A stretch of DNA of 64,000 bases, from the IMG/VR virus record IMGVR_UViG_3300042894_007411; one strand, given 5' to 3'. The position numbers and the translations under genes were made by a program. Source of the stretch: a virus (taxonomy: Duplodnaviria; Heunggongvirae; Uroviricota; Caudoviricetes). The notes below the pieces were generated by a model. That model was given only the letters and a program-made list of their open reading frames with translations. It was not told the origin of the DNA and made no database searches. Position 1 is the first letter of the stretch. Each line of letters begins with the position of its first letter. Shown here one piece after another: positions 18,031-26,917 of this stretch.

Positions 18031-18385
18031 AACTTTCTATTTTAGTTCCGTTGTATGTTATTGTGATTAGTTTGGTTGGGATGTTATCATTATTTAATTC
18101 TTCTTCAAGTTGTTTTCGTTTTATGTTTAAATAATATAAACCTCTAACATTGTGAGAATACTCAAATCGTTCTTCAAAACTCAACTCTCTTTCCTCAATC
18201 TTCAATCCCCATTTTTTTGAGAACTCAGAATCGGTTTTACATTTGTTTATGAACTCTTCTTTTGTTAATCTAAATCCCAACTCTAACATTTTTTCTTTTG
18301 ACATATTAGGTAAGATTCTGGCATCTTCAATTAAGTAATTCTCATACACCTCATCAATAATCTGATTGTATTTTTCGTTATTCAT
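18023..18385 (-). CDS. 'MNNE...FINKCKTDSEF' family protein, member 2
   Basis: Conserved N-terminus and 'FINKCKTDSEFSKKWGLKIEERELS'; C-terminus 'NIPTKLITITYNGTKIESYE'. Confidence 0.5.
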   Translation of the reverse strand: MNNEKYNQIIDEVYENYLIEDARILPNMSKEKMLELGFRLTKEEFINKCKTDSEFSKKWGLKIEERELSFEERFEYSHNVRGLYYLNIKRKQLEEELNNDNIPTKLITITYNGTKIESYE

Positions 18386-18830
18386 ACCTTTCTATTTTAG
18401 TTCCGTTGTATGTTATTGTGATTAGTTTGGTTGGGATATTATGTTCATCACATAATTTGTTACAATAATCAAACTCGGTCATATTAGGAGTTAAACCCGC
18501 CATCAACCATCTTTCCATCATGTCCAATTCTCTTTCCTCAATCTTTAATCCACCACCCACTTTAAAAAATGAACGATTTGTAAGTTGAGTAAATCTTTGT
18601 TTACCATCTTTATCTGAAAATTTCACCATATACACTTTGTTTTCATCACGTTCATTTTCAGTTGATGGTACAACATATCTTATTTCACCAATTTCACCTT
18701 TGTCAATAGAATATCCATATTCACCATCATCTTCATTCTTTTCAATATCATATTTTAGTTCTACCAAATCACCTTTTAAGTAGTTCTCATACGCCTCATC
18801 AATAATTTGATTCATTTTTTCGTTATTCAT
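18378..18830 (-). CDS. 'MNNE...' family protein, member 3 (divergent middle)
   Basis: Conserved N-terminus and C-terminus 'NIPTKLITITYNGTKIERYE'. Confidence 0.5.
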   Translation of the reverse strand: MNNEKMNQIIDEAYENYLKGDLVELKYDIEKNEDDGEYGYSIDKGEIGEIRYVVPSTENERDENKVYMVKFSDKDGKQRFTQLTNRSFFKVGGGLKIEERELDMMERWLMAGLTPNMTEFDYCNKLCDEHNIPTKLITITYNGTKIERYE

Positions 18831-19158
18831 GTATCCTTTTTAGTTTTTCATATTCAGGTCGAATACATTCAAAAATTATTTCATCTGCCACCATCTGTGC
18901 TAACTGAGGAGAGCCTCCCATAGCATTCCAACCCATATCTTCGGCTATGGAATTTCTGAGAAAAAGTTTGACTGGCTTCATGTCTACACTAGGTATTTTA
19001 ATTTCAACATCACATCCCAATGCACCTGCTGGTGCATCCTCGGAAGGAGCTAATCGATAGGCTTCACTGACAATTTGAACATCGGTTCCTCCAAATGATC
19101 TTTTCATAAATTCAACTGCTATTGGAATTGCAGGAGGAACTTCTTTAATGTTTTCCAT
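18823..19158 (-). CDS. hypothetical protein
   Basis: 111-aa ORF, somewhat higher GC. Confidence 0.4.
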   Translation of the reverse strand: MENIKEVPPAIPIAVEFMKRSFGGTDVQIVSEAYRLAPSEDAPAGALGCDVEIKIPSVDMKPVKLFLRNSIAEDMGWNAMGGSPQLAQMVADEIIFECIRPEYEKLKRIHE

Positions 19159-19399
19159 TTTCTTTTATTAGTTTGTATAGAATAGATCTATCAATATGTT
19201 TAGATAGACAAGCTGCATTTATGTCTGGGTATTTTTCCTGAACGCCTTCATTTAGACAAAATTGGTAGCTCTCTTTATCGAATTGCGCCAATTCTTCATC
19301 TGTCATTTTATTCATCCATTCTTCATTGAATTCGTTTCTGATGATTGGTCTTTGCAGCAATTCTTGTATTGTTATTGAATAATTGTTATTCTGTTCCAT
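19145..19399 (-). CDS. hypothetical protein
   Basis: 84-aa ORF. Confidence 0.4.
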   Translation of the reverse strand: MEQNNNYSITIQELLQRPIIRNEFNEEWMNKMTDEELAQFDKESYQFCLNEGVQEKYPDINAACLSKHIDRSILYKLIKENGKH

Positions 19400-19949
19400 A
19401 TTCTCCTTTTACGATTCTACCTCGATCGATGTCGAGTTGAATCTCATTAGTGATAAAGTCGATCTCTTTTTGGATCTCAGCTTCAACGTCCATTCCTTCT
19501 CGAAGTCGAAGCATTCCCGGATAGAAGAGAAATCCCTTCATAATCTTGTCGTTGACTGCTAGACGTTCTCCTCGGCTCATTTCCACTCGGTAACCAGGAA
19601 ATCTTTCCTGTAGGCCTTTGAGGATCCGCCAGAAAGGACGACATTTCTCACCCAGTGCATTGTACTGTTCGGGGTCTTGAGAGGCAAACACCATTCCGCC
19701 GGATTCGTTGACGATGAAGTAACCTTGTCCGAATGAGTGTCCGTAAGATCCGTAGAGGTGAACTGATTCGTAAGAATGCACACTAATTCTTCCGCTTTCG
19801 TACTCGGTAACATGGTCTCCCATGTGGTTTCGATATTTACGTTTGATGGGTTGAGGTTCCATCGAAGGCTGAAAGCCTCGAATTTGATCTGCGATGGTGG
19901 TAGCCGCTACTTGTTTGACTATCGGGAATTTCAAGTTTTCGAATGACAT
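19386..19949 (-). CDS. hypothetical protein in conspicuously higher-GC ORF
   Basis: 187-aa ORF; codon composition visibly GC-richer than flanks. Confidence 0.5.
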   Translation of the reverse strand: MSFENLKFPIVKQVAATTIADQIRGFQPSMEPQPIKRKYRNHMGDHVTEYESGRISVHSYESVHLYGSYGHSFGQGYFIVNESGGMVFASQDPEQYNALGEKCRPFWRILKGLQERFPGYRVEMSRGERLAVNDKIMKGFLFYPGMLRLREGMDVEAEIQKEIDFITNEIQLDIDRGRIVKGEYGTE

Positions 19950-20006
19950 TTTTAGTATGTTTTGAAAGGAGGTTTTGGCATGTTTTTCATTCTAATTAAA
20001 TGGTGC

Positions 20007-20150
20007 TTATAGTTTCAGTTTTTTGATAAATTCTTCGCCAATTTCGGGGTTAAACAAAAGAGAAACCAAAATCACCCCCGTGAAGATTATAAAAAACAGT
20101 GCAAACAAGGACGAGAGGAAGATGAAAATAAAATTAAGCAGGCTACTCAT
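20007..20150 (-). CDS. small hydrophobic protein (47 aa), not in ORF track
   Basis: Translation 'MSSLLNFIFIFLSSLFALFFIIFTGVILVSLLFNPEIGEEFIKKLKL'. Confidence 0.3.
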   Translation of the reverse strand: MSSLLNFIFIFLSSLFALFFIIFTGVILVSLLFNPEIGEEFIKKLKL

Positions 20151-20186
20151 AGATTTCTATTGTTCCGTTTTTATATGTTATTGTGA

Positions 20187-20528
20187 TTAGTTTGGTATTA
20201 ATCCAAATCTAAAATAAGGTTTACCATAAGTTGCATTTGTAACTATAATCCCTTCAGATTCATTTATTTCTCTCACATCAGATTCAGTTAATTCACTTCT
20301 GCATCGTAAGGGGATGAAGATATTGTTATCAACAGTTAATTCTAGATTCCCATTACCATCATCAACTAATTCAAGTGCATCTGGTTGGTATTTGCCACCA
20401 ACAAGACATTTTCGTGTTTTTGACCAAATAACAAGAGATGGTGATTCTGTTGCTATTATTTTGGTTTGGTAAACACCTTTATTGATAAACCTAGTTACCG
20501 TTTCTTGTATTGTTTCTTCTTTATTCAT
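20187..20528 (-). CDS. hypothetical protein
   Basis: 113-aa ORF. Confidence 0.4.
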   Translation of the reverse strand: MNKEETIQETVTRFINKGVYQTKIIATESPSLVIWSKTRKCLVGGKYQPDALELVDDGNGNLELTVDNNIFIPLRCRSELTESDVREINESEGIIVTNATYGKPYFRFGLIPN

Positions 20529-20829
20529 AAACTTCTATTATTTCGTTTTTATAAACAACAATCAATTTATTTTTTCTTTTTGATGTTGTAATTATAACAT
20601 CACCAAAATCTTCTGTATGTGGAATCAAGTCGTAAGTTTCTTTTATTAACAATCCCCACCTTTCAGAGAACTCTGAATCGGTTTTACATTTGTTTATGAA
20701 ATCTTGTTTTGTTAGCGTGGGTAATTTAATTGAAGTTGGGCCAAATCCATCATATTGAGAGGTTTTAATACTATCCCAATATCTCTCATACACCTCATCA
20801 ATCATCTGATTGATTTTTTCGTTATTCAT
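20521..20829 (-). CDS. 'MNNE...FINKCKTDSEF' family protein, member 4
   Basis: 'MNNEKINQMIDEVYERY' and 'FINKCKTDSEFSERWGLLIKE'. Confidence 0.5.
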   Translation of the reverse strand: MNNEKINQMIDEVYERYWDSIKTSQYDGFGPTSIKLPTLTKQDFINKCKTDSEFSERWGLLIKETYDLIPHTEDFGDVIITTSKRKNKLIVVYKNEIIEVYE

Positions 20830-20832
20830 GTC

Positions 20833-21234
20833 TTAATATTTGTAATAATTACCATCGTTCTCCTTATCAGTTAAAAAATAAACTTTAAATCCTTTCAGTA
20901 CTGACATTGCTCTGTTCATACAGGTTTCAATAGAATCAAATTCACCCCAATTTTCAACTCTTAAAGAAAGTTCTTCATACGTCCTTAAAGATATGGGAGA
21001 TGTGGTAGTTAATTTATATTTTTTATTGATAGGTGTAATAGTAAAACTTAATGGAAATTTGGAGTTATTAATCTTTCCAATAATGTATTCCTTATTTTCC
21101 ATATTTAAGTGGGTTAAATCTTGACTTTCAGATTCAAAAGATATTAGACCTACTGTCGAATACCCGTTTGATGTAAATGGATTTGATAAACCTCTACTTT
21201 CAATATAATGTTTTTTCCAATTAATTATCAACAT
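20833..21234 (-). CDS. hypothetical protein
   Basis: 133-aa ORF. Confidence 0.4.
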   Translation of the reverse strand: MLIINWKKHYIESRGLSNPFTSNGYSTVGLISFESESQDLTHLNMENKEYIIGKINNSKFPLSFTITPINKKYKLTTTSPISLRTYEELSLRVENWGEFDSIETCMNRAMSVLKGFKVYFLTDKENDGNYYKY

Positions 21235-21622
21235 AACTTTCTACTATTTCGTTGTTATATGTTATTGTGATTAGTTTGGTTGGTACATTATGTTCATCAC
21301 ATAATTTGTTGCAATAATCAAACTCGGTCATATTAGGAGTTAAATCAGCCATTTTCCATCTTTCTTCCATAAATAACTCTCTTTCTTCAATCTTTAGTCC
21401 CCACATTTCAGAGAACTCTGAATCGGTTTTACATTTGTTGATAAACTCTTCTTTTGTTAAGAGATTTATAAGAGCAACTCTAACTTTTTTTCCTTGTGAA
21501 CGAAGTCTTTCGACTTCTTTCTTTTGAATGTCTCGTTGCGTCTCAATGTGCTTTTTATATTTCTCATACGCCTCATCAATCATCTGATTCATTTTTTCGT
21601 TATTCATTATCTTTTTTTTCAC
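21221..21622 (-). CDS. 'MNNE...FINKCKTDSEF' family protein, member 5
   Basis: 'MNNEKMNQMIDEAYEKY', 'FINKCKTDSEFSEMWGLKIEERELF', 'NVPTKLITITYNN'. Confidence 0.5.
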   Translation of the reverse strand: MKKKIMNNEKMNQMIDEAYEKYKKHIETQRDIQKKEVERLRSQGKKVRVALINLLTKEEFINKCKTDSEFSEMWGLKIEERELFMEERWKMADLTPNMTEFDYCNKLCDEHNVPTKLITITYNNEIVESYVDN

Positions 21623-22361
21623 GTCTAAACCAATTAATCATTCCATCATAAAAAACACTACCATGATTTATTGAACCATAATCTTTGTGTTCTGCAAAAT
21701 GTTCAGCATCCAACAAATCATCTTCGTTTTGTGTTGAGTTTGGTGGTTCTATATTTGATTTTCTTTTTTCTAACTCATCCCACCATTCATCCGATGTCAT
21801 ATAACTCAAATCGGGATTAATCCTAATTTCTCCGGGTTCATACCCTAGTAAGATTGTTGCGGGTAATCCATAATACCATATTTTTCGCCCAATCTCTTCT
21901 TTCGGATTTAGAAAATTAAAAGGATGTTCTGATATTTTGCTTATCACATGCTGTGCTTCTGCTAATGACCCACCTAAATCTCCCCAATGAAATTTATAAA
22001 CTTCCTTACCATTTGCTTTAATGGTGCATATCCCACCATTTCTAATGCTCCATTCATCCCACTTATATTTGGTTGAATTAAATTGTGCATAATTTACTTC
22101 CCAACAAACTCTATGAACCCCTTTATCAATGTATGGGATAAGCTCTCTTATAGTTGGTACTTCATCATCATTATCCGAATGATAAACTGAATAGTCCAAC
22201 CACCAAGTATCAGGACACCCATTCCATTTACCTAAATTGTGTTCATATCCTTCAATTGAATAAACTGGATAAAGTTTTTCTCTTATTAGAATATCAAATA
22301 TTTTACGAGGTTTTCCAAATTTTTCGGTGGCCTGTTGTAATGTGTAATTTTGTTGTTCCAT
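21600..22361 (-). CDS. hypothetical protein
   Basis: 253-aa ORF. Confidence 0.45.
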   Translation of the reverse strand: MEQQNYTLQQATEKFGKPRKIFDILIREKLYPVYSIEGYEHNLGKWNGCPDTWWLDYSVYHSDNDDEVPTIRELIPYIDKGVHRVCWEVNYAQFNSTKYKWDEWSIRNGGICTIKANGKEVYKFHWGDLGGSLAEAQHVISKISEHPFNFLNPKEEIGRKIWYYGLPATILLGYEPGEIRINPDLSYMTSDEWWDELEKRKSNIEPPNSTQNEDDLLDAEHFAEHKDYGSINHGSVFYDGMINWFRREKKDNE

Positions 22362-22364
22362 AAC

Positions 22365-22667
22365 TTATTTTTCAAATTTTTTTAATTCATCGTATAAATC
22401 TTGATTTAACTCTTTGAGTTTATTTCCCAGTTCTAAAAGAGTGTGTTCGCTCCAATATCCTTTTCCATCTTCGGGTTCAAAATAGTAAAATCCATCAACG
22501 TCAGGAACAAAATAACCTATCAATTTTCCACCATGTTTCTTGGTGGTGATTTTAAAACTATTGTTTGATAGTTCGTAGTTTAACATTGAGTTTGTAGCTT
22601 TGTAAAGTACATGTCCATTAGGATAACTGGAGTAAAATTCTATCTTCTTTTTTAAAACATTCCCCAT
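22365..22667 (-). CDS. hypothetical protein (true start may be the internal Met)
   Basis: 100-aa ORF overlapping upstream gene by 50 nt. Confidence 0.35.
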   Translation of the reverse strand: MGNVLKKKIEFYSSYPNGHVLYKATNSMLNYELSNNSFKITTKKHGGKLIGYFVPDVDGFYYFEPEDGKGYWSEHTLLELGNKLKELNQDLYDELKKFEK

Positions 22668-23073
22668 TTATTATCATATCCCCACTTTCATTTCTTTCAG
22701 TTTCAACGGTACAATAAATCCATCTGAGTTGTTGAAGGTGAGATACAACGCTAGATATTTTACACCATTTAGGTTTAAACATATCACTTGCCGTGTCTAT
22801 ATCATCTAACAACTTAAACATAAATTCAAGTTTATGTGTTAATGTTGCAATATTAATACCTCTACGTTGTGATAAATCAATAGCATAAGTATCTTCAATC
22901 ATTTTAACTAATTCATCATCAACAGAGTGAGCCTCTTTTGCTTTGTTATAGCAATACTTCACATAATTTTTATTACCTTCTATCCCTTCATACCCTTCGA
23001 GAATATCTTCAATTGATGATAACACATCTCTTAATTTGTTTGCTGAATATAGCATTTTGTCTTTGTCATTCAT
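22618..23073 (-). CDS. hypothetical protein
   Basis: 151-aa ORF. Confidence 0.4.
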   Translation of the reverse strand: MNDKDKMLYSANKLRDVLSSIEDILEGYEGIEGNKNYVKYCYNKAKEAHSVDDELVKMIEDTYAIDLSQRRGINIATLTHKLEFMFKLLDDIDTASDMFKPKWCKISSVVSHLQQLRWIYCTVETERNESGDMIINGECFKKEDRILLQLS

Positions 23074-23093
23074 AACTTTCTATTGTTTACAGT

Positions 23094-23675
23094 TCAATTA
23101 GGATTAACAAGAAAATCAGGTTTTTTGTAATACTCCCATACTTCATCTAATTGTTTTGGGTCTTTCACCCACATAATCCAATCATCTTTTTTAATTTCTT
23201 CCTCCAACACATCAATGTAAAATGTTTTCGGTGTAAATGGAAATCCTTTAATTTCCAAAATACTGCGAAATGGGTTTGTATTGTTGATAGCATCTTCTCG
23301 GGTCATATAAATAGTTCCCGACCAAGTTGTTCCATTAGGACATCTTTTGATAATAGCGTCATTATATGTAACCTTACCATCGTTATCCTTAAACAATCCA
23401 CTTTCTCTTTTATTTTGATACCAGGGTTCACCTGCTATATCACTAATATCTCCCCACTCTTCATCTTTACCTGTAATAGGCCCCAGTGGTTTGTAGTTAG
23501 CTAATTTGTGAAATAACGATGCTACAATCGGGGCTGAACCACCTGAGTGTCCTTGCTTTGCGAAGACTTCCATTAGTTCCATAACCGCCTCTCCGATTGC
23601 TCCTCCATAGTCAGAATCTTCATCAAAGAAGCCTGCTAATTCTAATTCAAATTTTGCGTGTGATGTTGTGCTCAT
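23094..23675 (-). CDS. hypothetical protein
   Basis: 193-aa ORF. Confidence 0.45.
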   Translation of the reverse strand: MSTTSHAKFELELAGFFDEDSDYGGAIGEAVMELMEVFAKQGHSGGSAPIVASLFHKLANYKPLGPITGKDEEWGDISDIAGEPWYQNKRESGLFKDNDGKVTYNDAIIKRCPNGTTWSGTIYMTREDAINNTNPFRSILEIKGFPFTPKTFYIDVLEEEIKKDDWIMWVKDPKQLDEVWEYYKKPDFLVNPN

Positions 23676-23679
23676 AGTT

Positions 23680-24300
23680 TTATTTTAAATTTGTAAAGTT
23701 TACTTCTCCGTTGGGCATACCAATGTTGATGTCAGTAGTAGTATTAGTCCACCTTATTCCAGTTCCATATTTTTTTGGATTAGGGACCATCTTATTACCC
23801 ATAATACAACCACATATACCACTTCCACCATTTGTTGGATTACAAGAGCAAATACTTCCATAAGGGACTTCATCGGGTTCTGAACTTAGACTGAATCCAC
23901 CTGGATGACTTTTGTCCCAAGTTGGAATATTTGGGATAGTTTCATCGTGTGGAATAGATCTATCATCTTGAATTTTTTCAAGAGTATCCAATTGTTTTTT
24001 GAATGCCTCTCTTTCAGTTTCTAAAACTAAAATATCCCTATCAAGTGATTTTCTTTCAGTTTCTAAAACTAAAATATCCATATCAAGTGATTTGATATGT
24101 GATTTGATATCACTAATTGCTCTTTCAATTTTGTTCATAGTATTTGTTTTTTCAGTTTTGTAAAAACCAAGACCTACAACTTCTTCCCAAAGTTGCTTCA
24201 TAGTTGTTCTAATGGAGTCTTTTTGATTTTGGTCTAATAAACCAAAATCGTGCCTATATCTCATCGCCATAGAGTCAATCAGTTTTGGGTCTGGTTTCAT
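23680..24300 (-). CDS. hypothetical coiled-coil-type protein with internal 14-aa tandem duplication
   Basis: 'DILVLETERKSLDR/DILVLETEREAFKK'. Confidence 0.45.
   Translation of the reverse strand: MKPDPKLIDSMAMRYRHDFGLLDQNQKDSIRTTMKQLWEEVVGLGFYKTEKTNTMNKIERAISDIKSHIKSLDMDILVLETERKSLDRDILVLETEREAFKKQLDTLEKIQDDRSIPHDETIPNIPTWDKSHPGGFSLSSEPDEVPYGSICSCNPTNGGSGICGCIMGNKMVPNPKKYGTGIRWTNTTTDINIGMPNGEVNFTNLK
24011..24094. repeat. 2 x 42-bp in-frame tandem repeat inside CDS 23680-24300
   Basis: 'ctttcagtttctaaaactaaaatatcc(c/a)tatcaagtgatt' twice, period 42. Confidence 0.8.
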
Positions 24301-24302
24301 AA

Positions 24303-24590
24303 TTAATATAGTTGGGAAATTTTTATTTCTCTTTCTACTTCTATCAAAAAATTACTTTTCGGATGATTAGCCCAATAAGCAGTTTGGGATTCATCATCAT
24401 CTTCCCTCATAAACTGAAATATTTCTTTCACAACAGTCAATGCACATTCTTTGTAGTAAATGTTCGTTGGGATAGGTTTCATTGTGCCATCAGAAAAATC
24501 ATTTGATTGATTTTTACTGAACATAACTGAATCTATCAGTTGTTCGGCTTTTTCTCTTGGTGTAATCGTGATTGGTTTGTATTTAGGCAT
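24303..24590 (-). CDS. small conserved protein, paralogue of 28267-28551
   Basis: ~70% aa identity by eye to the other copy; shared 'AYWANHPKSNF'. Confidence 0.5.
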   Translation of the reverse strand: MPKYKPITITPREKAEQLIDSVMFSKNQSNDFSDGTMKPIPTNIYYKECALTVVKEIFQFMREDDDESQTAYWANHPKSNFLIEVEREIKISQLY

Positions 24591-24601
24591 ACATTTGTTT
24601 T

Positions 24602-24967
24602 TTATCGGTCGAAGGTTTGTATTTTTGCATCAACCTCTCTTAATTCAGACCAGGTTCCCAGATAAGTTACCGCTCTGACTTTTCTATTATCAATCCAAAC
24701 GTACTCTTGGCCATCCTTAATTGTTGGTTTGTCCATAATTAATCCGTGATATTTGAATCCATTTAAACTCAACCATTCTTCTGTGACCATTCTGTCTTTT
24801 GATTCTCGAGCAGTGAAAAAGGTTATTATGTTTCCTTCATCAAACCACTTGTTGATGATCTTTTGTGCATCCATAAAAGGTTTGGCACTCGAATACAAAT
24901 GTGAATCTTCATTCGAAATATCATCACAGATAGTTCCATCAATGTCAATCAAAAAAATTCTGTTCAT
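24602..24967 (-). CDS. small HAD-superfamily phosphatase
   Basis: Motif I 'IDIDGTICDD'. Confidence 0.5.
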   Translation of the reverse strand: MNRIFLIDIDGTICDDISNEDSHLYSSAKPFMDAQKIINKWFDEGNIITFFTARESKDRMVTEEWLSLNGFKYHGLIMDKPTIKDGQEYVWIDNRKVRAVTYLGTWSELREVDAKIQTFDR

Positions 24968-24985
24968 TTTTAATCCATTTAAAGT

Positions 24986-25309
24986 TTAAACCTCCAACCA
25001 ATTGAATATTTGGGCAAAGTCTGAATCTGATTTTACCCTTTCCCAAAATTCATCTTCTGTCATTATCCTGGTACAATTTTGATTTGGATCATCAATTAGG
25101 TACCTGTAATTAACTTCCTCTAATGAAGAAGCAAAATCAAGATATCTGTTGTACATTATCGAAATACCATTGGGATCTATATAGGATTCTTCCATCGAAG
25201 AAAGATCATCCCCTGTGTCTAATGGATGTTCCGATTTCATTCGTTCTTTTCCCCTTACCCATAGGAAGGCTAACACTAAAGAAACAATAAAAATTACAGT
25301 TAGAATCAT
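24986..25309 (-). CDS. membrane-anchored hypothetical protein
   Basis: N-terminal TM 'ILTVIFIVSLVLAFLWV'. Confidence 0.4.
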   Translation of the reverse strand: MILTVIFIVSLVLAFLWVRGKERMKSEHPLDTGDDLSSMEESYIDPNGISIMYNRYLDFASSLEEVNYRYLIDDPNQNCTRIMTEDEFWERVKSDSDFAQIFNWLEV

Positions 25310-25341
25310 AATTTAATTTTGAATAAAAGTAATTGAAAAAA

Positions 25342-25563
25342 TCAATCATCCTCAAGACCGTCTAACAAAGTTACATCCCAATCGGAAAATTCCGTGCCCA
25401 ACCCCGAAAGGTCGGGAGACTCCTTCAAAATTTTGTCTTTAATCCAAGACTCATAACTTGGAATTTCATCTTCACTTTTGAAGCTACCACTATCTTTCGA
25501 CTGCTGGATAAAGTTATGATATTGTGTTTTTAAATTTATCATGTTCTTTAATTTAAACCTCAT
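25342..25563 (-). CDS. hypothetical acidic protein
   Basis: 73-aa ORF. Confidence 0.35.
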   Translation of the reverse strand: MRFKLKNMINLKTQYHNFIQQSKDSGSFKSEDEIPSYESWIKDKILKESPDLSGLGTEFSDWDVTLLDGLEDD

Positions 25564-25792
25564 CTGGATCGTCGTTTTCCCAAGAATCTCTAAATTTAGG
25601 TTTCGGCTTCAAGTCAACCTCATCCTCTGAATAAAATTCTCCAAAATAGAAAGATCCATCTGGACCAATTTGAAAATCATCATTCATTTGGTTGGGAGAA
25701 AATGAAACCTTCTTTTTCCATTCCTCAAAGTTCAAATTAGATCCTGGATTTTTATCCAAAAATTCCTGATATGAATTTTGGGAAAATTTCAT
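25553..25792 (-). CDS. hypothetical acidic protein
   Basis: 79-aa ORF. Confidence 0.35.
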   Translation of the reverse strand: MKFSQNSYQEFLDKNPGSNLNFEEWKKKVSFSPNQMNDDFQIGPDGSFYFGEFYSEDEVDLKPKPKFRDSWENDDPDEV

Positions 25793-26079
25793 TGTTTACT
25801 TGGCAAAAAAGAAAAAGTAAGTAAGAAAAGTAAACATCCCAAATAAATCAAAAGTTCTGCTTTCCAAAAAGACAAATCCCCAGCTCTTCGATTTCTAAAA
25901 TTTAAAAGATTAAAAGATTTTATGTAATTACCTTCTATCCAAAGCTCTTCGGATTTAGAGAAATCTATTGTTACCGAAGATCCCATAGCTCTAAAATAGA
26001 AAAAAAATCCCAATAACCATCCTTCAGCTTGTACGTGAAAGATTCCACAGGGTTTATATTTCCATTTGAACATAATCAA
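25789..26079 (-). CDS. small membrane protein
   Basis: Hydrophobic segments 'GWLLGFFFYF' and 'LLIYLGCLLFLLTFSFL'. Confidence 0.35.
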   Translation of the reverse strand: MIMFKWKYKPCGIFHVQAEGWLLGFFFYFRAMGSSVTIDFSKSEELWIEGNYIKSFNLLNFRNRRAGDLSFWKAELLIYLGCLLFLLTFSFLPSKQ

Positions 26080-26151
26080 TTGATTTTGAATATAAAACCA
26101 ATTTTATACGAATAAAAAATAAAATAATTTCGATTTTTTTGGGTAAAAATC

Positions 26152-26385
26152 TTAAAGATCGGATGAAATCTTTTTCAAGATTCTCCAATCCTGAACGAAA
26201 GAATCTTTCGAATATCTATTGGAGGTTCCTAAATTAGAAGAATCTAATTCCTCCACCAGAATGGTTGTGGGTGTTTTCTCTATAACCTTGATTTTCATGT
26301 AGCTAGAAAAAAATTGAATCTCCTCGTTGGTTTCGGAATTCGGACCCAACAAATAAATTTCTCCCGGGATTAAATCAAACCACAT
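26152..26385 (-). CDS. hypothetical protein
   Basis: 77-aa ORF abutting rpiB. Confidence 0.35.
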   Translation of the reverse strand: MWFDLIPGEIYLLGPNSETNEEIQFFSSYMKIKVIEKTPTTILVEELDSSNLGTSNRYSKDSFVQDWRILKKISSDL

Positions 26386-26874
26386 TTAGCAGTGAATTTT
26401 TTGAATCCTTTTAAGATGTCTACCCCCTTCAAAATCAGTTTTTAAAAAAATTTCTATTGATTTTATTGCCTCGAACGTAGAAATAAATCTGGCAGGCAAA
26501 CAAAGTAGATTTGCGTCGTTGTGTTTTCTTGAAAGAGCAGTAATATCAGAGTTCCAGCACAATGCTGCTCTAACATTTGGCCATTTGTTTGCAGTTATTG
26601 CAACCCCATTACCAGATCCGCAAATTAAAATTCCAATTCTGTCCGTGTCAATCAATCCTGCAACCCGGTGTGCATAGTCTGGATAGTCTGTTGATTCTTG
26701 GTGGTAGGTACCTACGTCAATTACCTCATAATCATTTTCGCAAAACCAATCCAAGATTTTTGTTTTCAATTCAAATCCTGCATGGTCTGAGCCTATTATG
26801 ATGGTTTGGATATGATTTGACATGGAAGAAGAATAGATTTTTTTTCTTAATTTTCCATTCTTATATTTAAACAA
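26386..26874 (-). CDS. rpiB: ribose-5-phosphate isomerase B / LacAB-family sugar-phosphate isomerase
   Basis: 'IIIGSDHAGFELK...', 'GILICGSGNGVAITANK' are RpiB/LacAB signatures. Confidence 0.75.
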   Translation of the reverse strand: MFKYKNGKLRKKIYSSSMSNHIQTIIIGSDHAGFELKTKILDWFCENDYEVIDVGTYHQESTDYPDYAHRVAGLIDTDRIGILICGSGNGVAITANKWPNVRAALCWNSDITALSRKHNDANLLCLPARFISTFEAIKSIEIFLKTDFEGGRHLKRIQKIHC

Positions 26875-26917
26875 TTACGAAATTGTTCCAGAAAAACCAA
26901 TTTTTTTGAAAATAATT

